From: Phoronis australis
Lineage: Eukaryota; Animalia; Phoronida
Length of the DNA stretch: 33,252 nt
NCBI GenBank assembly: GCA_002633005.1
Contig: NMRA01001260.1
Span: 1-33,252, forward strand
Direction: 5' to 3'
Below, piece by piece: positions 19,778 to 33,252 of this stretch. Both the position numbers and the translations under genes were made by a program. The notes beneath the pieces are model-generated. The model ran no database searches and had not been told where the DNA came from. It saw nothing but the letters and a program-made list of their open reading frames with translations. Every line of letters starts with the position of its first letter. The stretch's first letter is position 1.

Positions 19778-22700
19778 GACACTACCAGTTGGTTATTATA
19801 TGAGTCGCTCTTAAATGGATGTCTGTGGCGTACATATCCTTAGCCTATTTTAGTAGTTTAAATTTAAATGTACAATTGAAAGAAAAGCTGCATGTCAACA
19901 GGAATTGCCTTTTGGTGCAAACAATTCAGACAGCATCCTTTAATGTTTGTCCATGTGCATCTTGTCCCAATATTGAAAGAAACCTGTGCATCCTTGCTCT
20001 GTTGCAAAACAATTACGGACAAAGTCAACTGCTTTACAAAAAAGTTATTACAGTGAACTTTGGAAAGTTTATAACAACTCAAAAGTTTTGACAAAACGAC
20101 GAATTGATAAGCATTCAAGTCATGTGACCAATGCTACAGAACACTGAGGGTTAAAACAATTTCCTAATTACAGGAAACCAAAATGAATCCTACTTCTTTT
20201 ATATCTGAAGAAGAGATCATTGCAGCCGGACTTTTTCTTTTCTGCTTGTGAGTACGAAACCTCCCTCCAATACAACCTCCCGTCAATACAAGCTCATCTG
20301 CTGGCGTGGGAGTCCAACAGCAGAGGTACAACTAGTTGAACTGGGGCCAAGGAAAAAGCTTCCATCTACTAAATGCAGTGGTGCTGTCCGTGTTTTTGGT
20401 GGCTGCACTGGTGTTACTACAATGTAGGCGCTGCAGAGAACAGCTTTTGAAGAGGACAGAACTCAAGGTGAAAATACGACAACAAAACAACACCACACAG
20501 CTGATGCCTCGCATGTGAAGTGTCTTATTAACCCCACACGTGCAAGTGTGGCAGCAGAGAATTCATTTGGCTGAAATAATGGGGCTATTCGGAGAATTCT
20601 CCTCAGGGTGTCGCTGCTGTACTAGTGGTGATTGAATTGAGCATGCGTGGCTGTCTGCATGTAAGCAAATGGTAAAAGATGGAATTTTTATCAAAATACG
20701 TCGTCGCGCTAAGCCTTATTACTCCTAATTTCCTTGGTGCAAGTATTCGACAGGTGGCCACAAATTCCCGAAAGACCACAGGTTACTATATTCGTAGACA
20801 ATTGCGGTCAACAGGGTCAACTAACTGACAAAAAGTGTGTGGATGCTGAAGCCCCGTGCGTGCTCTGTGACTATGCAGTTCAATTCGGAGACTACACAAC
20901 ATTACTTGGTAAGTTTTTAGCAATCAGTTTCTATCAACATCGTTCGGTGATGTTATCCCCACCAGTTACCCCACTGAATAATAGTTTTATTGAGTGGAAC
21001 TAAGTGTTTCGTTTTGGAAACTCACCCGATGCCGGGTGGGCTAGCAGCACATATTCATATTGTCATGGGTGGGAGTGCTACCAATAAATAACAGGTGTAA
21101 GGTACGTGATGCACAGAAGTCAAGAGTGACTTCTTCACTGCAGTTTCTCTTCAAAACTATGCTGTTTCCAATAAAATTCTCTAGATGAGTGAGTTTCCTT
21201 ATTTTATCGTGGACCCCACCCCTAGGACCACCAGCTCAGTTATCGAATAAACATGAATAAGCTTTAATTCAGTAAATGTCGTAACATTGCATTGGAAAAA
21301 TATGAAACCTAGAATGAATTTTACTTGTTGAGACCAGAAGCACAATTTAAGTGTCATGAAAAATACGCATTGTTAAATTACTTTCAGCCTGTTTCACATA
21401 CTTTAATTCAGATATTAAATAAGACTTGGGTACAAAGGTTAATAGTTTCTACGCATAAACATGAAGATGAAATGTCAAGTATGTTCTGCCTTAAAAAAGT
21501 AGTTTTGTCTTGTCTTTTCTTTTACAATTTGCTAATATTTCTATTCTGTTACAGGCAAGAAAAAACAAGTGAAACCAAAGGCCTGACCATCTATTCAACC
21601 GTTGGACAAAGTGAAAAGCAATCCTTCAGCAATAACCTGAGAGAATTGAACGTGATTCAGAAATTCAGCACCTGATATGACTGATTATGGACTCCCTCAC
21701 AATGTTGTTTCTTTCCGTGCTTTTTCAGTTTGCCATTTGTTTTTAAATACACTGATAATTGTTTTTTCTCGAATCTTGTGCATAGCAGATTCTTATCCAG
21801 CTAGCTACAATTGAAAACATACAATAAGACAATCGATGCAGTCACTGAGTTCATTTCCCCATAATCTGTACCAAATTGGAAAGTTTTTACCAATAGTATA
21901 AAGCCTTTCTTCTGAAAGGAAAATTCAATGTCACTCGGCTTTTGTCTTTCATTTCACTGGGTTCTAGTTTCAATGGCCTATAGAAGCGCTTGTTAAAAAG
22001 GTGCAGTTTCATCACGTGGCTTTCTTTCATGTAACCTCATTCAGCCTCAATAACATCCACAATTAGACCATTCAAGGTAAACACAGCATCATATCACTTG
22101 AATCGTTTTGAGCCCAAAATCAGATTCTGAACTAGACCAGAGTGTGACCAGGTCTATTTGAGCTTCAGTCCCTCATGTTTCTTACAGGGAAGGAAATAAG
22201 CTATTGTCCACACATGACTCATTGCCTATGAAAGGGTATCCTCACCAACAACGCTTACTTGTGTAGCAGTCAGATATAGTTCGTCTGAATACACAGACAC
22301 TCCACTGGCGCATTGTTTTATGGTAACTCAGTACTGCGATTCACATTAGTCCAGGGCCACTGACTTGCACATTGTGCCATGCAGCACTGCTGGTGTGTGG
22401 AAGTGCTGTGGGAAGAGAACGGAGTAACAAAGCTTGTCTATGATACAGCTTGAAGTGGCCTTGAAATGTCACTGAACCTGGAACAAATATTGAAATATGA
22501 ATAATTAAGTACTCTAGATTGGATCAAAAATGTTATCCCTGTTTTTCTAAAATGTATGGTGATTGGTCTACAGTTTCACATAAAAGTAAGTAATTACTAT
22601 TTTCAGAAACCAAGGGTGTATATAATGAGTATTGCATAAAACTGTGTCTTTATTTTTTATCCATAGCCATAACAATTCTTTAAACGCATCACTTGTCTGC

Positions 22701-25678
22701 AAAATATACAAGTTTTTTGAGACAACTTCAAACCTATGTTACCCATTTTCAAGTCTTTTTAATTTTGTTACTTTCAGCAATTTTAAACTCAGATTACAGG
22801 TCAAGCATACTTCTAGCCTAAGGTTGAGGGAACCGTTTTTCTTCTAATAGAAGATATTGTTGGTTAGCTGCAGTCAAATGCTACAATCAATTTTTGTTCA
22901 TTCAGGGACGGTGCAGAAGCGATGCATATCTCCTCTGCACGGAACTAGCCTTCAAACCTAAAAACCAAAGGTTACGTGAAAACTGACGTGATAGATTTCC
23001 ATTTCAACGTGTAATAGATTTCCAGAAGACATATGATAGGGAGTAAACAAATAGCCTAATGCAATGGGTATTTATCACTCACGTACCCTTTGCCATTGGG
23101 ATTGGATTGTAATCTTAACTCAACCTGTATCGAGATGACAGCTAGCATAAAATTCAGCATTAATTGATGTAACTGTCACTGATAAACTTTTAGAAATCAT
23201 TCCAAACAATAATAATGCTTTGATGTACGAAAAGATCCCGATTGCTACGTCAAGTATCGTATCACATATCACAACTACATACAAAGATTAACCACACTGG
23301 CTGGCGACTGACTGCCGCGAAGTCGACATCGGCGAGTGCCTCAGTTAACAGGCATCGGTAGAACAATGATGGAATAATCGTTAAAATAATCACAAACCTT
23401 ACTTTTGTATGAGGTCGTGCTTACTTCCTCTCATAGAAGCACCCTTTTTATGCAATCTCAGATTCAGTTGGCACGGCTGCAAGCCATTTCACCATGTATT
23501 TATAGGGCTCGTGAAATCGAGGCTGTTAATCTATCACCACTAGTACATTCACGCCCTCTAGTTATTGCAGATTTTCCGAATAGCCCCATTATGTGAACTT
23601 TCTCTCACGCAAAGCTTACATGATCCAACTCAGCCGGAAACAGTGCGTCGGCCTCGCTCTTACATGTAGTTACCCGTTTGCAAGGATTCCTTCCGCAATA
23701 TGCCGCTTTAGTTCATGAAAGAGGCCGGACAACTCCTCAAGTGTTGCTTCCTTGAACGGAGTCGAGACTGGTTAAAATCTCTCACAGTGATGTTCTTTTG
23801 TCACTCCATATACCAAACTCATGTGAAGACGTCGTTTAGTACACAGGCGCTTGAGTTTATGTCTTCCTCGATCACCACTGACTGTATTGCCTCTTGCAAG
23901 CAAACGTATAACCAAGTACAGTTCTGTCTATATTTATGTATTGTACTGATGGTAAAAAGCTGAAGAAATAATAAAAGACAGTCACAACACCACTCTAAAA
24001 TGATATCCATAACACAATCAGATCTATCATCAATAAAAGTCAACTACTGAGCGAAAAACTCGGTACTAGGGAAAAAGTCGACGGATAGAGCCTAAATCTA
24101 TCGGGAAAAATGAAACACCCGAGCGGTGACAGTAGTAGCCCAATACATAAAATAAAGTCACCAAAACGGCACGAAAATTATTCTCGGATGTACTACGGTA
24201 TAATGGGCAACTAATTTTTAAGGACGGTTTTACGTTTGGAACATATAAAGTGGCTACCTTACTATGTGATTAACCACAGCTCGACAGCTGAAACGGACTG
24301 CACGAAAAATACGAATTAACAAAGCGCACGCGTGACTCTAAGTGCAGATGCACCAACTGAGAGAAAGAATGCTGGCCGTAGGCGGCACACTGACGTAACT
24401 CACTACGAAGAAAACATGTTTCCTATAATGGTTATGAGTCATCTTCAAATTCAAGCGGCTGTGGATTGATAACAAATAACGAGACCCCCAAAAACTTTCA
24501 ATTACATCATGTAAATTTGATATGCTAATGAGGTTGTTGTTGACCACTGCGCCATCTATACAGTGATGGAAAAGCATAAGTACCCGAGACTGCGTGTAGG
24601 ATTATGTGTATTGAAGTATGTATTTTCAAATTACAATTACATTGCTGTTGAATACTGCAAAGGGAGTTTATCCAGATCATTCTATAGGTTAAGCTTTACT
24701 CTTTATAAAGAATTCATCTGTTTTCTGCAAGTTGTACCTTCTTGGTAATGACTTTTTGATATAAGAAATGGTTATTGTTGATCATGTGCTTAGGGCTAAA
24801 CTTAGCAGCAATGATAACTGATTTAACATGCTATTTTGTTTTTACTACAATAAGCTATTACTATGGTTCTTGAACAGGAACTGCATGTACGTGACACTTA
24901 CCAAGAACACGGGGTGTGTTGAATAGCAACACCGTTGATAGCAGCAAATTACCCTTCGCATTTTGCACACCGGAGATAAAGTTTTAGGTGATCTCTCTGC
25001 CTTGTGTTCTTACCCTGAAAATCACGACATGGTTTAGTTTCTGTCTTCGTAAATTAACTCCCTGGCCCTTGGTATAATATACGCATCCCGGAACTCTTTT
25101 CTCCATGCTAAATTAGCATGAACTCAAGAAACGTGTTTGTGATGTGTGTTCTAATTATCTATATTATGATTATGGTAAAGCTGAAAATGAATCCTCAGTT
25201 GGTAGTTGATGACCTTGTACATGCATTTCAAGCAACGCAAATATCGGGTTTGTGTCTAGAATCTAGTGGCCACCAGGTGCACACGTGAGTAGACAATAAT
25301 GCGAGTAAACCTTTATAGTGTGATTAATTAAAACAAAACCAAATTTACTTCACTTGTTTGTCGGATCCAAATCGGAGAAACATCAGGATTGGCTTTACTT
25401 GTTCATTTTCAACAAAGGCAGATAAGCTAAAATTGGAATCATTACAAATAAGTATAAATTGAAGTGGATTTTGTGCAAATCTCATTTACAAAAGTGTGAT
25501 ACACTAATTACTCCAGCAACCTTTGCGAAATTTAACAAAGTCAATATAATAGCTGTATCAAGAATTAGCCCAAAAAACGAATCATTAGGCTTATGTATAA
25601 AATAGTGACTAATTAATTAAAGTAAAAAAATAAAGCAATGAACAAGTATGGCACGAAGAAAAAAAATGAATTAAGTAC

Positions 25679-28600
25679 TAGTCCACGAGAGCACCAGCCA
25701 AGAGCGGCAAGGTGGCGGTCAGCCGATTTTCACCAAATTTGGCACATAGGTAGTCCTATGAGATCTATAAACAGCGGTAAAATATTTCCTCAAAATATTG
25801 CGTTTTTCTAAAGTTATAGGCTCAAACACATTTTACGGCTTCGCAGCCATGTTTTCACGGTATAAAAACTGTCCAGGTTTAACTGTTCATATTTTTNGTA
25901 CCAAATCTGCCCCCACTGTTATGAGAATCAAACTTAGCCAAAATGTTGACAAAACATGTTACTTTCATTTCATAAAATAAAAACTTTGTCAGCCAGTTTA
26001 TTAGTTATACATTTTGGTACCTCAAATGTACTAAAATGAGAAATTTTCATATATCTGAGATCGATGCGTGAGCACCGTAAAATCCGATTGTCCTTCATGT
26101 TTTTCGATATTTTGCAACAAGTTAGTTCCTCCTGCATGTTTTGAACGTTTTATTACTGACCACTTAGGGCTACAGTACTCCTAAATACCATACATGGCTC
26201 CATTTTGTAAAAAGCCGATTATGTCCTCCACAGTGAACAGGGTTAGACATGAACTCGACAAATGTAGGTTATTTTGATTTACAGTTGTTTTACTTTGCAA
26301 TTTCCTCATGGGTATTTCTTCACACATATTCAAGTCAGATTTTCTGTTGATCAAATGTTCATGCAATGCATTGTAATATCAAATGAATGATAAGTTTGGT
26401 TGCATGACCGCAATTTTTCCCACGACTTAAAACAAAAGACCGCAGAAATTTTCCTGACGAAATACCGGGTTTGCAGGTCTGTAAAAACATTCGAACGACA
26501 AGACAAACTCCACCACTGTCCATAGCAACTCGTCGCATGTTTTTCGCCCATCGGTCCTATCATTGTTTTCTTTTGTTGTGTCATTGTTGGATGTAATAAC
26601 ACAGGTCGCATGGATATAGAACCTTGCGTACATAAGACCGTTGCCGATAAGTGCTCGTCATTATATCTTTATTATAACAACGGGAACAATGAAGATGATA
26701 ATCTATTGATCTCTATGCGATCAGGTTTCCCGTGGATGACCACAGAAGAGGAAAGAAGCTACAAACAATGACCACGCACCTTAGTAACTATTACTGCGCA
26801 CACGAATCACTTCCGTGGAACCTAAACACCAATTTTTTATATCCGTGTAATGTGTTGTATTGCTCATGGTACGGGTTCAGACTCTGTTATATTAAGATTC
26901 CAATCCCCAACCCTGTAATATGTAGTTCGAGTAAAATTTCTAGACAATGCAGGTTTATGGATTTATTCTCCTTCAAATGAAGAGTAAAAATCAAATTCTG
27001 CACTGGTTTTTTAAAAGTAATCACTTATTGGAAGATCACACATCTAAAAAATAAAACAATGTTTGACAATTTTATTCATTATCTTATTTGAAAATTGTCT
27101 ACCTCACAGACAACTCATCTAAGTTGAAAATATTCCTTGTGAAAAAATTTAAAATACCAACCACAGACTTGTGTACTACAAAATGTGTTTTCGTAATACA
27201 ATGCAAAGATAACTGTAAAGTCAAAAGTGCAAATGTTATGACTCTAATAAAAAATGCCTTCTAGATCTTTTCAACACTCTAATTGCTACAGGACAGAGTC
27301 AATCACACAAAGCTCATCAAGTCAGGGAATTACATTTAAGGTGATGTAGTCTCACTGTGAAAAAGTGATTTCGCAATAACACTGACAACACTGGAAATCT
27401 CTTCTTCACAAACTTGAGGTAGCTGTATTTACCACATCAATGTTCTTATAAAAACTAACCACGACAAAATGAAAAATTGGCTTGTCGGTTCCAATTAGGC
27501 AGCATTTTACAATGAAATGGTCATGAAAAAATACTTTTGCAACATGGTTTGCATTACAGTTGCCCTACGATTACAGTTGTACATACATACTAGACCAGTA
27601 ACAAAATTACCCATGGGAACCATAAAATGGTCAATTAGCCAAAAATAACAAGGAGGCACCAGAGCTAATGTGCCAATACTTTTCAGTACTGTAACAAAAA
27701 ATCATTTGAAGTGAACATAAACTCGCCTAAAATCACATAAAACAACTTTTGACTTAGACATTTTACCATTACGAAATAGGTATTACTTCCAGGTCACTGT
27801 TGAGCAATTTCCGAACTTTAAACGATGTGGCAATATGCAATTGCTAGAGACCAAACTAATAGTGTGCAATTATATACACACAGCATGGTCTCAAGGAATA
27901 GCAAACTGTCAATTTCCTGCAATTCCAGAAATCACTTCCCATCTGTATAAGGAACAAACTGAGCAAAGTTTATAGAGGTAAATGGTCTAAATCAAAACAT
28001 ATTACCTCCTGGACAGAATATGGGTTTACAACCCAGGCAGAAAGATAAGTTAACAAAACCAGCCTAACTGCTATAGGGTCTCAAATTCCAGTAATATATA
28101 CCCATTTACAAACAAAAATCTATAATGGTAATAAAATGCGGAAACATAAATTCAGATCAATCACGCATCTTCAAGGAAAAGGAATAGTACAGTGGTCAGA
28201 AATCATCTAACTGTGATGGCGACACTAAGAAATCCTGTCAGACAAAAAAATCAAGTGGCTAAACAAAATGAACAATGTACCATTGCCATTTGGCCCAGGA
28301 CCATGATCCGTGCCTGGACAAAAATTCAGTCTTAGAGTAGGTAAATTTTAGATTTGTGATGTTCACACAAGCAGTTCTGGTGCAAACAAAGCTTGCGACA
28401 ACACACAAGCCTACTTCCCTACACAGCTGTGCTGATACAGTAATGCCCTCACTGGATTTAGCAGATCAGCCAGAGTATTTACAGGTCCAGCAACTGTACT
28501 GTTTCCTCCCTTTGAATTTTTACAATGCTACATCCTTGACAATCGCAGATTGCCTCTTTCAATGCATACTCCATTTCCTCTGTCCCAGTTTCCCCACAAT

Positions 28601-30463
28601 TGCTGAAAGTGGCCTAACTCAACAAATTACTTTGGACCTGTTGTGGTATAAGCCAGTAATCTTTGGCAAATACTTTTTCCCAACTCGTTCCTCAACCTAC
28701 AAATTCTCTTTGACATATCTTCTGGGAGTAGACTTTTCGGCCTCTCTCTAGCCCCCTCACTTAGTTGTCCAGAAGGGTACCTTCTTGCTGGTTGTGAACT
28801 TTTCCATACCCAACCTTTACTAATAATCGGCAAGTCTCCAACTTCAGCAGAAGCCTTTCCTGATTCCTAAAATTGTATTTAAAATTAAACATATTAAATT
28901 TAATGCGGCCATTGCCGCTCAGAAATTATGAATACCAAGCTAAAGTGAAGGCACCAATATTTTTTACGGCAATAGCATGTTTGATTGGTAGACAAAAACA
29001 TACTCCCTAGTCTCTAAAAGTAGTTCATGGGCAGAAGTCATGTTACACATTTGGTGGTTGTTATGAAAAGTTATGATGACTACCTATTTTCTATGCCAAT
29101 GTATACATGTTGCATAAACATCAACACATTTGAATAAGATATGGTTAAACAATAAGGCCCATGTTACAAGCAATAGCGGTGTGTCAATAAAAGTATTTTT
29201 GCATGAATGACGTGCTTCTAAAAATATTCCTCAGGGTCAGACTCTGGAGTTTAGTGATTCCTACCTGAGCTCACACGAAGCAGGACGTTGAACCTTGACT
29301 TAACGTCTTTGGTCATTTTTCAGACCTCTATCAGATTTCTCCTCTAGAGTGCAGTGGATGTTCTAAGTGTCTTTGGCGACGCCAATATATCTCGAGTGTT
29401 GTAACGATGATTCGGTTTAGTGAATCTAATATGGTAGATTATGTAGCTCCTGCACACCTGCCTCCGAGGCAGACACTGAGACAGACTACTTCTCAGGAGG
29501 TCACGTTCCACCTCCACATCAGCTCAACGTACTCTTATAAGGTGCTCACATGTCTCGCTCTATACCTTGTGCATTTCCCAAGAGTTTCCAAAGTTGTTTC
29601 TCTCCGCAATTTGTAGAAATACCACATTCGATGCGACTGGCAGTGCCAGATAAATAAATAAATTCGCAAACCCGCACTTTAGGTCAGTCATCATTCAACT
29701 AACGAATTGTAAGCTTTAGTTTGGTATTCAGACGAATTGAATGAACAAATTTAGTATAATTTCATGTTTTATTGGGAAATGCTAGTGTCCTTAAATTTAA
29801 TTAAAAACATTTAAGCAGACCAATTGTTTTAATTGTTGTATTACACCACGATATATTAATGCGTAGAAACGGCGCACAACTAGTGACTGGTTTAACATGA
29901 CAAATACACATACGCGGTCTGAAAATAGTGAAACTGAGACACCTATTACCAACCCTGCCTGAAGGGCTGACAAAGATTTATTGTATTAATTTCAAGGGCA
30001 TGGAGTCTTCTACATGTCCATGTTATTATTTTTATTTTTCTCGCGGGGGCAGCTTCGCTATAAGGGTACAGCTTACTGCTGGTTTTTCACAAGACGGAAA
30101 TGTACCTCCACGGAAACAGTTCCAGTGTTACCATGGTAACCGATATTGCAGTGTCGGTGCCGTTTTGACTGTTATTGGTCATGAACCTATCATGTGATAT
30201 AAAAATTGTTCAGAAACGATTCTGTTTGAAGCAGAAACTGGAGTAGAAAATTTGTTCAAAAATGACTCATTCCACACCAAGAAATTGCCTCATTTTGCCC
30301 CCCAGAACACTATATCTCCTAAACCACCAAACTTTGTGGTGTCATACTTCACCCATTTTCTCTCATCCCTAATGTGATTTATCAGAGTAAACATGGAACT
30401 GAATGGCTGACCCTCCACCTTGCCGCTTGTTGGCTGTTCAGTGGTCGGTGGATCCGTGGACTG
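25679..30463 (-). mobile_element. Second Academ-type DNA transposon, old and decayed
   Basis: Left TAGTCCACG...CAGCCAAGAGCGGCAAGGTGGCGGTCAGCC matches the reverse complement of right GGCTGACCCTCCACCTTGCCGCTTGTTGGCTG...CGTGGACTG. Flanks GTAC / ATAC (3 of 4 match). N at 25897. Confidence 0.65.
28360..28866 (-). pseudogene. Probable C-terminal remnant (last exon) of an Academ-like transposase
   Basis: After a TTTTAG acceptor: GDLPIISKGWVWK..., then KVPFWTT in a shifted frame, resembling the GW..P.WT motif before the Cys domain, followed by Cys-rich remnants (ICDCQGCS, CREVGLC, CTRTAC) with stops. Confidence 0.45.
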
Positions 30464-30935
30464 ATACTTCAATGAATAATGTATTTGGAAATAATGAAAA
30501 GCACAACATCATAGAAATTAAATTGATTGCTTGCTATGACATTTCAAACTGAACGTACCATTGGGATGCAGTGACATTTACAACAAATGTCACAAAGTAC
30601 AGTGATTACTCCAACTATCTATCCGAACCTTGCAGATACGCGTTTTCTGATACATAAAATGGACAAATATCTATTCGAAATTTACTGTGGATAGCTCGTT
30701 AAATTGGTCGTCGTTAAACTCAGGACTATACATAAACATTTAAAAATCAATTCATTTCTTCCCCGGACAAAAGTTAGTTGTACTGGTGCATGCAGTGCGT
30801 GTTGTCGTATACAAGAGACAACAGCTCTCGGCACATACTGAGCCAGAACACCACGTTCCTTACAATATCTCTTTTTATCACTCCGGCTGGTCTGCTCACT
30901 CAGCTTGTCCGGAACCCTGCTTTGCAGGTTGTTAT

Positions 30936-31160
30936 AGCCCAGTTGGCTGTTTAGTGTACTCACTTGGTACTTTATATGATATTTGCCCATTTGGCAGTTT
31001 GTACCCACTTGGTACTTGTTATTGAATTTGCCGTTTGGCTCGACCCAGTTGGTAGGCAATCGGCCAATACCCATTTGGTATTACATGTATGTACCCATTT
31101 GGTACTATGTTAACCTGTGCCACTTAGCATCCGATACTCAATTGTACTTTGGGTATCGGA
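30936..31160. repeat. Irregular array of short hairpin-like units (CC-CANTT-GG core) ending in a longer hairpin
   Basis: Units AGCCCAGTTGGCT, GTACTCACTTGGTAC, TGCCCATTTGGCA, GTACCCACTTGGTAC, ACCCAGTTGGT, ATACCCATTTGGTAT, GTACCCATTTGGTAC. Terminal stem TCCGATACTCAA...TTGGGTATCGGA at 31130-31160. Confidence 0.7.
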
Positions 31161-32749
31161 AATGTGTGTGTTATCTATTGTAATTAAGGAACCCATCTGG
31201 TTCCTTCTGTGAAATATTTATTTGTAGAGCTGTGACCCTGAAATTCCCAATACGACTTAAAATATACATTATTCTTGTTGTTTTATTTGTCCCCAATAAT
31301 ATACTTTTTAGGTAATAGTCGGATAAAAGGTGTCAACATTCGAGAACCATTTTTCCACCAAATAACGGGCATCATACTGGTTCTCGAAAGTCGGGCACGC
31401 TACAATATATCCGACTTTTGCCCGTTGTTATCGGATATTTGTGTTACTAAAACAGTGGCTGGTAAAAAGAAAACATCAATGTTCAAAACAAAGAGACAAT
31501 GACATTCAGAACACCCGGGCTCTACTCTGAGTCCCTCTTTTCCGGAATTTTTGGGTCTGAAAATGAAAAAAGATTAGCAATGTGATAGGTCGTATTTCTA
31601 TCTATGTACGTTATATGGATGGTATTTTTGTTTATTGTGCTTGGTTGACTAGTTATCAGTACATGATAAACTTGAGCGTCACTTTGTTTTCAAGTTTATC
31701 CCCAAGATCTTCCTGTTAAAGACAGCATTGAATTTCGATTTTGGGCGTGCTTGCTAACTATTCTCTATTTGAATTTTCTACATCACTTTATCACAAGTCT
31801 ACCGATGAAGGTTTCAATCTTCACACCAAAAGCGAGAGCCTTGAGCAGTGTGGTCAACTTCCTAAAGAGGGCGTACAGTGTATTTGGTTGGTGTCGTCTG
31901 ATTGGCTAATTTTCAATCAAGCGGTAGATCGTATAAGATAAACCCTGTTGGATAATGTCTACACTATTGCTTTTTAGACGATATTAGTCGATGTATGTCC
32001 AAAATTAATTGTCGGACCTGTGTGACCAAAAAGGTATTCTACCGAACAATGTTATGTCCAATAATTACCTCCAGAACGAACACGTCTTGGTCATTGTGGG
32101 GCAGTGACTGCACTAATTTAGAAGGCCCCACTTCTGTGGCCCGAAACTAATTTTTGTTATATCATTTTAATAAGGCGAAGCCATTCAAAATAATAAGCTG
32201 TTTAGGGATGATGTCAATGTTTGTAAGTCCAATGAGTATATGTACCACGTTGTATTTTTATTATAGGAATAGAATGTCCTCAAACTTCGTCATAGTAAAA
32301 CAGTATTTCTAAAGCGAAAGTACGCCCCGTTGCCCAGTTATTGTTATTTATGAACGTAAAATTACGCGTCAAGAAATCGGGGAAAACACGACTCAATTCA
32401 ATAAGTATAATACGATGTGCTGCCATTGAAAGTTGTTTGCTTTTTATTTCACACCTGCCGCGTCCCACTGTGTATGTTTCCAGATTTTGCTCTGTAGAAG
32501 CATTACTGCGTCATTTTATTTCCAGTTTAGAATGAAAAAAATATGTTTCGTGATACAGTGTGTCTTTTAATCACATCTCTTGGTCATTTTCTTTACCGAT
32601 GTGCTATTGGGTGTCGAACTTTGTTCTGAGGACACGGTCACAAAGAATAAAGATTGCTAACAATGGCAAGTGTCGTGTATTCAACCAATTTAATGCATAT
32701 CGGAACACAATTTGCACACAGAATTTCTCAACTTTCTAGAATAAAGCAA

Positions 32750-33103
32750 CAAGACAATTGGATTGATAAGCGGGGTAACTGGATCTATACTGAAAAGTAA
32801 GGGTTATATGTTCTCCGCAACAAGCAAATATGTCTGGAGGTAGCATTTTTTGGAAAGGGAGATTACGAGTGCTGAAGCACTCAAAAATTCTCGATAATAA
32901 ATTCTAGAGCTGAAGAATGAGATCTGTAGGGCGAATGATAAAAGACCAATAAAAGAACACTCACTAAGTGTCGAATAACTCAACAGCGGCGAGTCGGAAA
33001 GAAAAACGGATTACACGACGCAGGTCTATCCACATGCCAAGTTTCGGAAATGCCGTGGGAGACGCCGGACATACGGCACGAAAGCTCAATTAATTATATA
33101 GGA
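32750..33103 (-). mobile_element. Possible non-autonomous Helitron-like fragment
   Basis: Minus strand begins TCCTATATAATTAATT...GTATGTCCG, resembling TC-TATATA Helitron 5' ends, and ends CTTG before T. No clear 3' hairpin. Confidence 0.3.
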
Positions 33104-33252
33104 ATTTTTGGAAAATCTTGAGTAAGTCGACCACAGTAAGTCGTAAAAATGGCAGGCACAGTTTTAGATAGCTCTAGACAGACTACATACCGAATACAAG
33201 AAAAAAATATCTACAAGCTAGAACAACGGAGCTTTGGCTCGGAAAACTAAAC

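Noticed and set aside
22188-25670. Short ORFs and possible exons or repeats in this interval
   Set aside because: No motif, TIR pair or repeat could be supported by eye.
30936-31160. CRISPR array
   Set aside because: Units are only 11-15 bp, degenerate and irregularly spaced; there are no cas genes and the context is eukaryotic.
32170-32220. Possible TIR start (TAAGGCGAAGCC...) of another DNA transposon
   Set aside because: No inverted partner or TSD found in the window.

Overview
AT-rich eukaryotic (probably marine-invertebrate-like, by inference) intergenic or intronic DNA made almost entirely of nested transposable elements. No operon, rRNA or CRISPR array is visible. From left to right: a 5'-truncated decayed CR1/L2-group LINE (minus strand) between two oppositely oriented copies of a repeat with a tRNA-like Pol III cassette; a ~1.1 kb TIR element; a full-ended, decayed Academ-type DNA transposon (5849-10575, TAG...CTA ends, GAC target duplication) followed by an orphan Academ-like end; and a TIR element (11356-17530) whose right arm holds a young Ty3/Gypsy LTR retrotransposon (13048-17440, 320-bp LTRs with 6 mismatches, AGCAG TSD). 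Further right are a hAT-type MITE, a solo LTR with heat-shock-element-like motifs, a second Academ-type element (25679-30463), a mini-hairpin array and a possible Helitron fragment. The Gypsy element is the most interesting part. It has no TGG tRNA primer-binding site; the bases at the PBS position are instead a perfect 13-nt reverse complement of a segment of its own LTR, suggesting tRNA-independent self-priming outside the Tf1/sushi group. It also has non-canonical TA...TA LTR ends, a CIDD RT motif and extra Cys/His motifs. Two single-N positions (16426, 25897) look like assembly gaps. All alignments were done by eye; no database searches were run.
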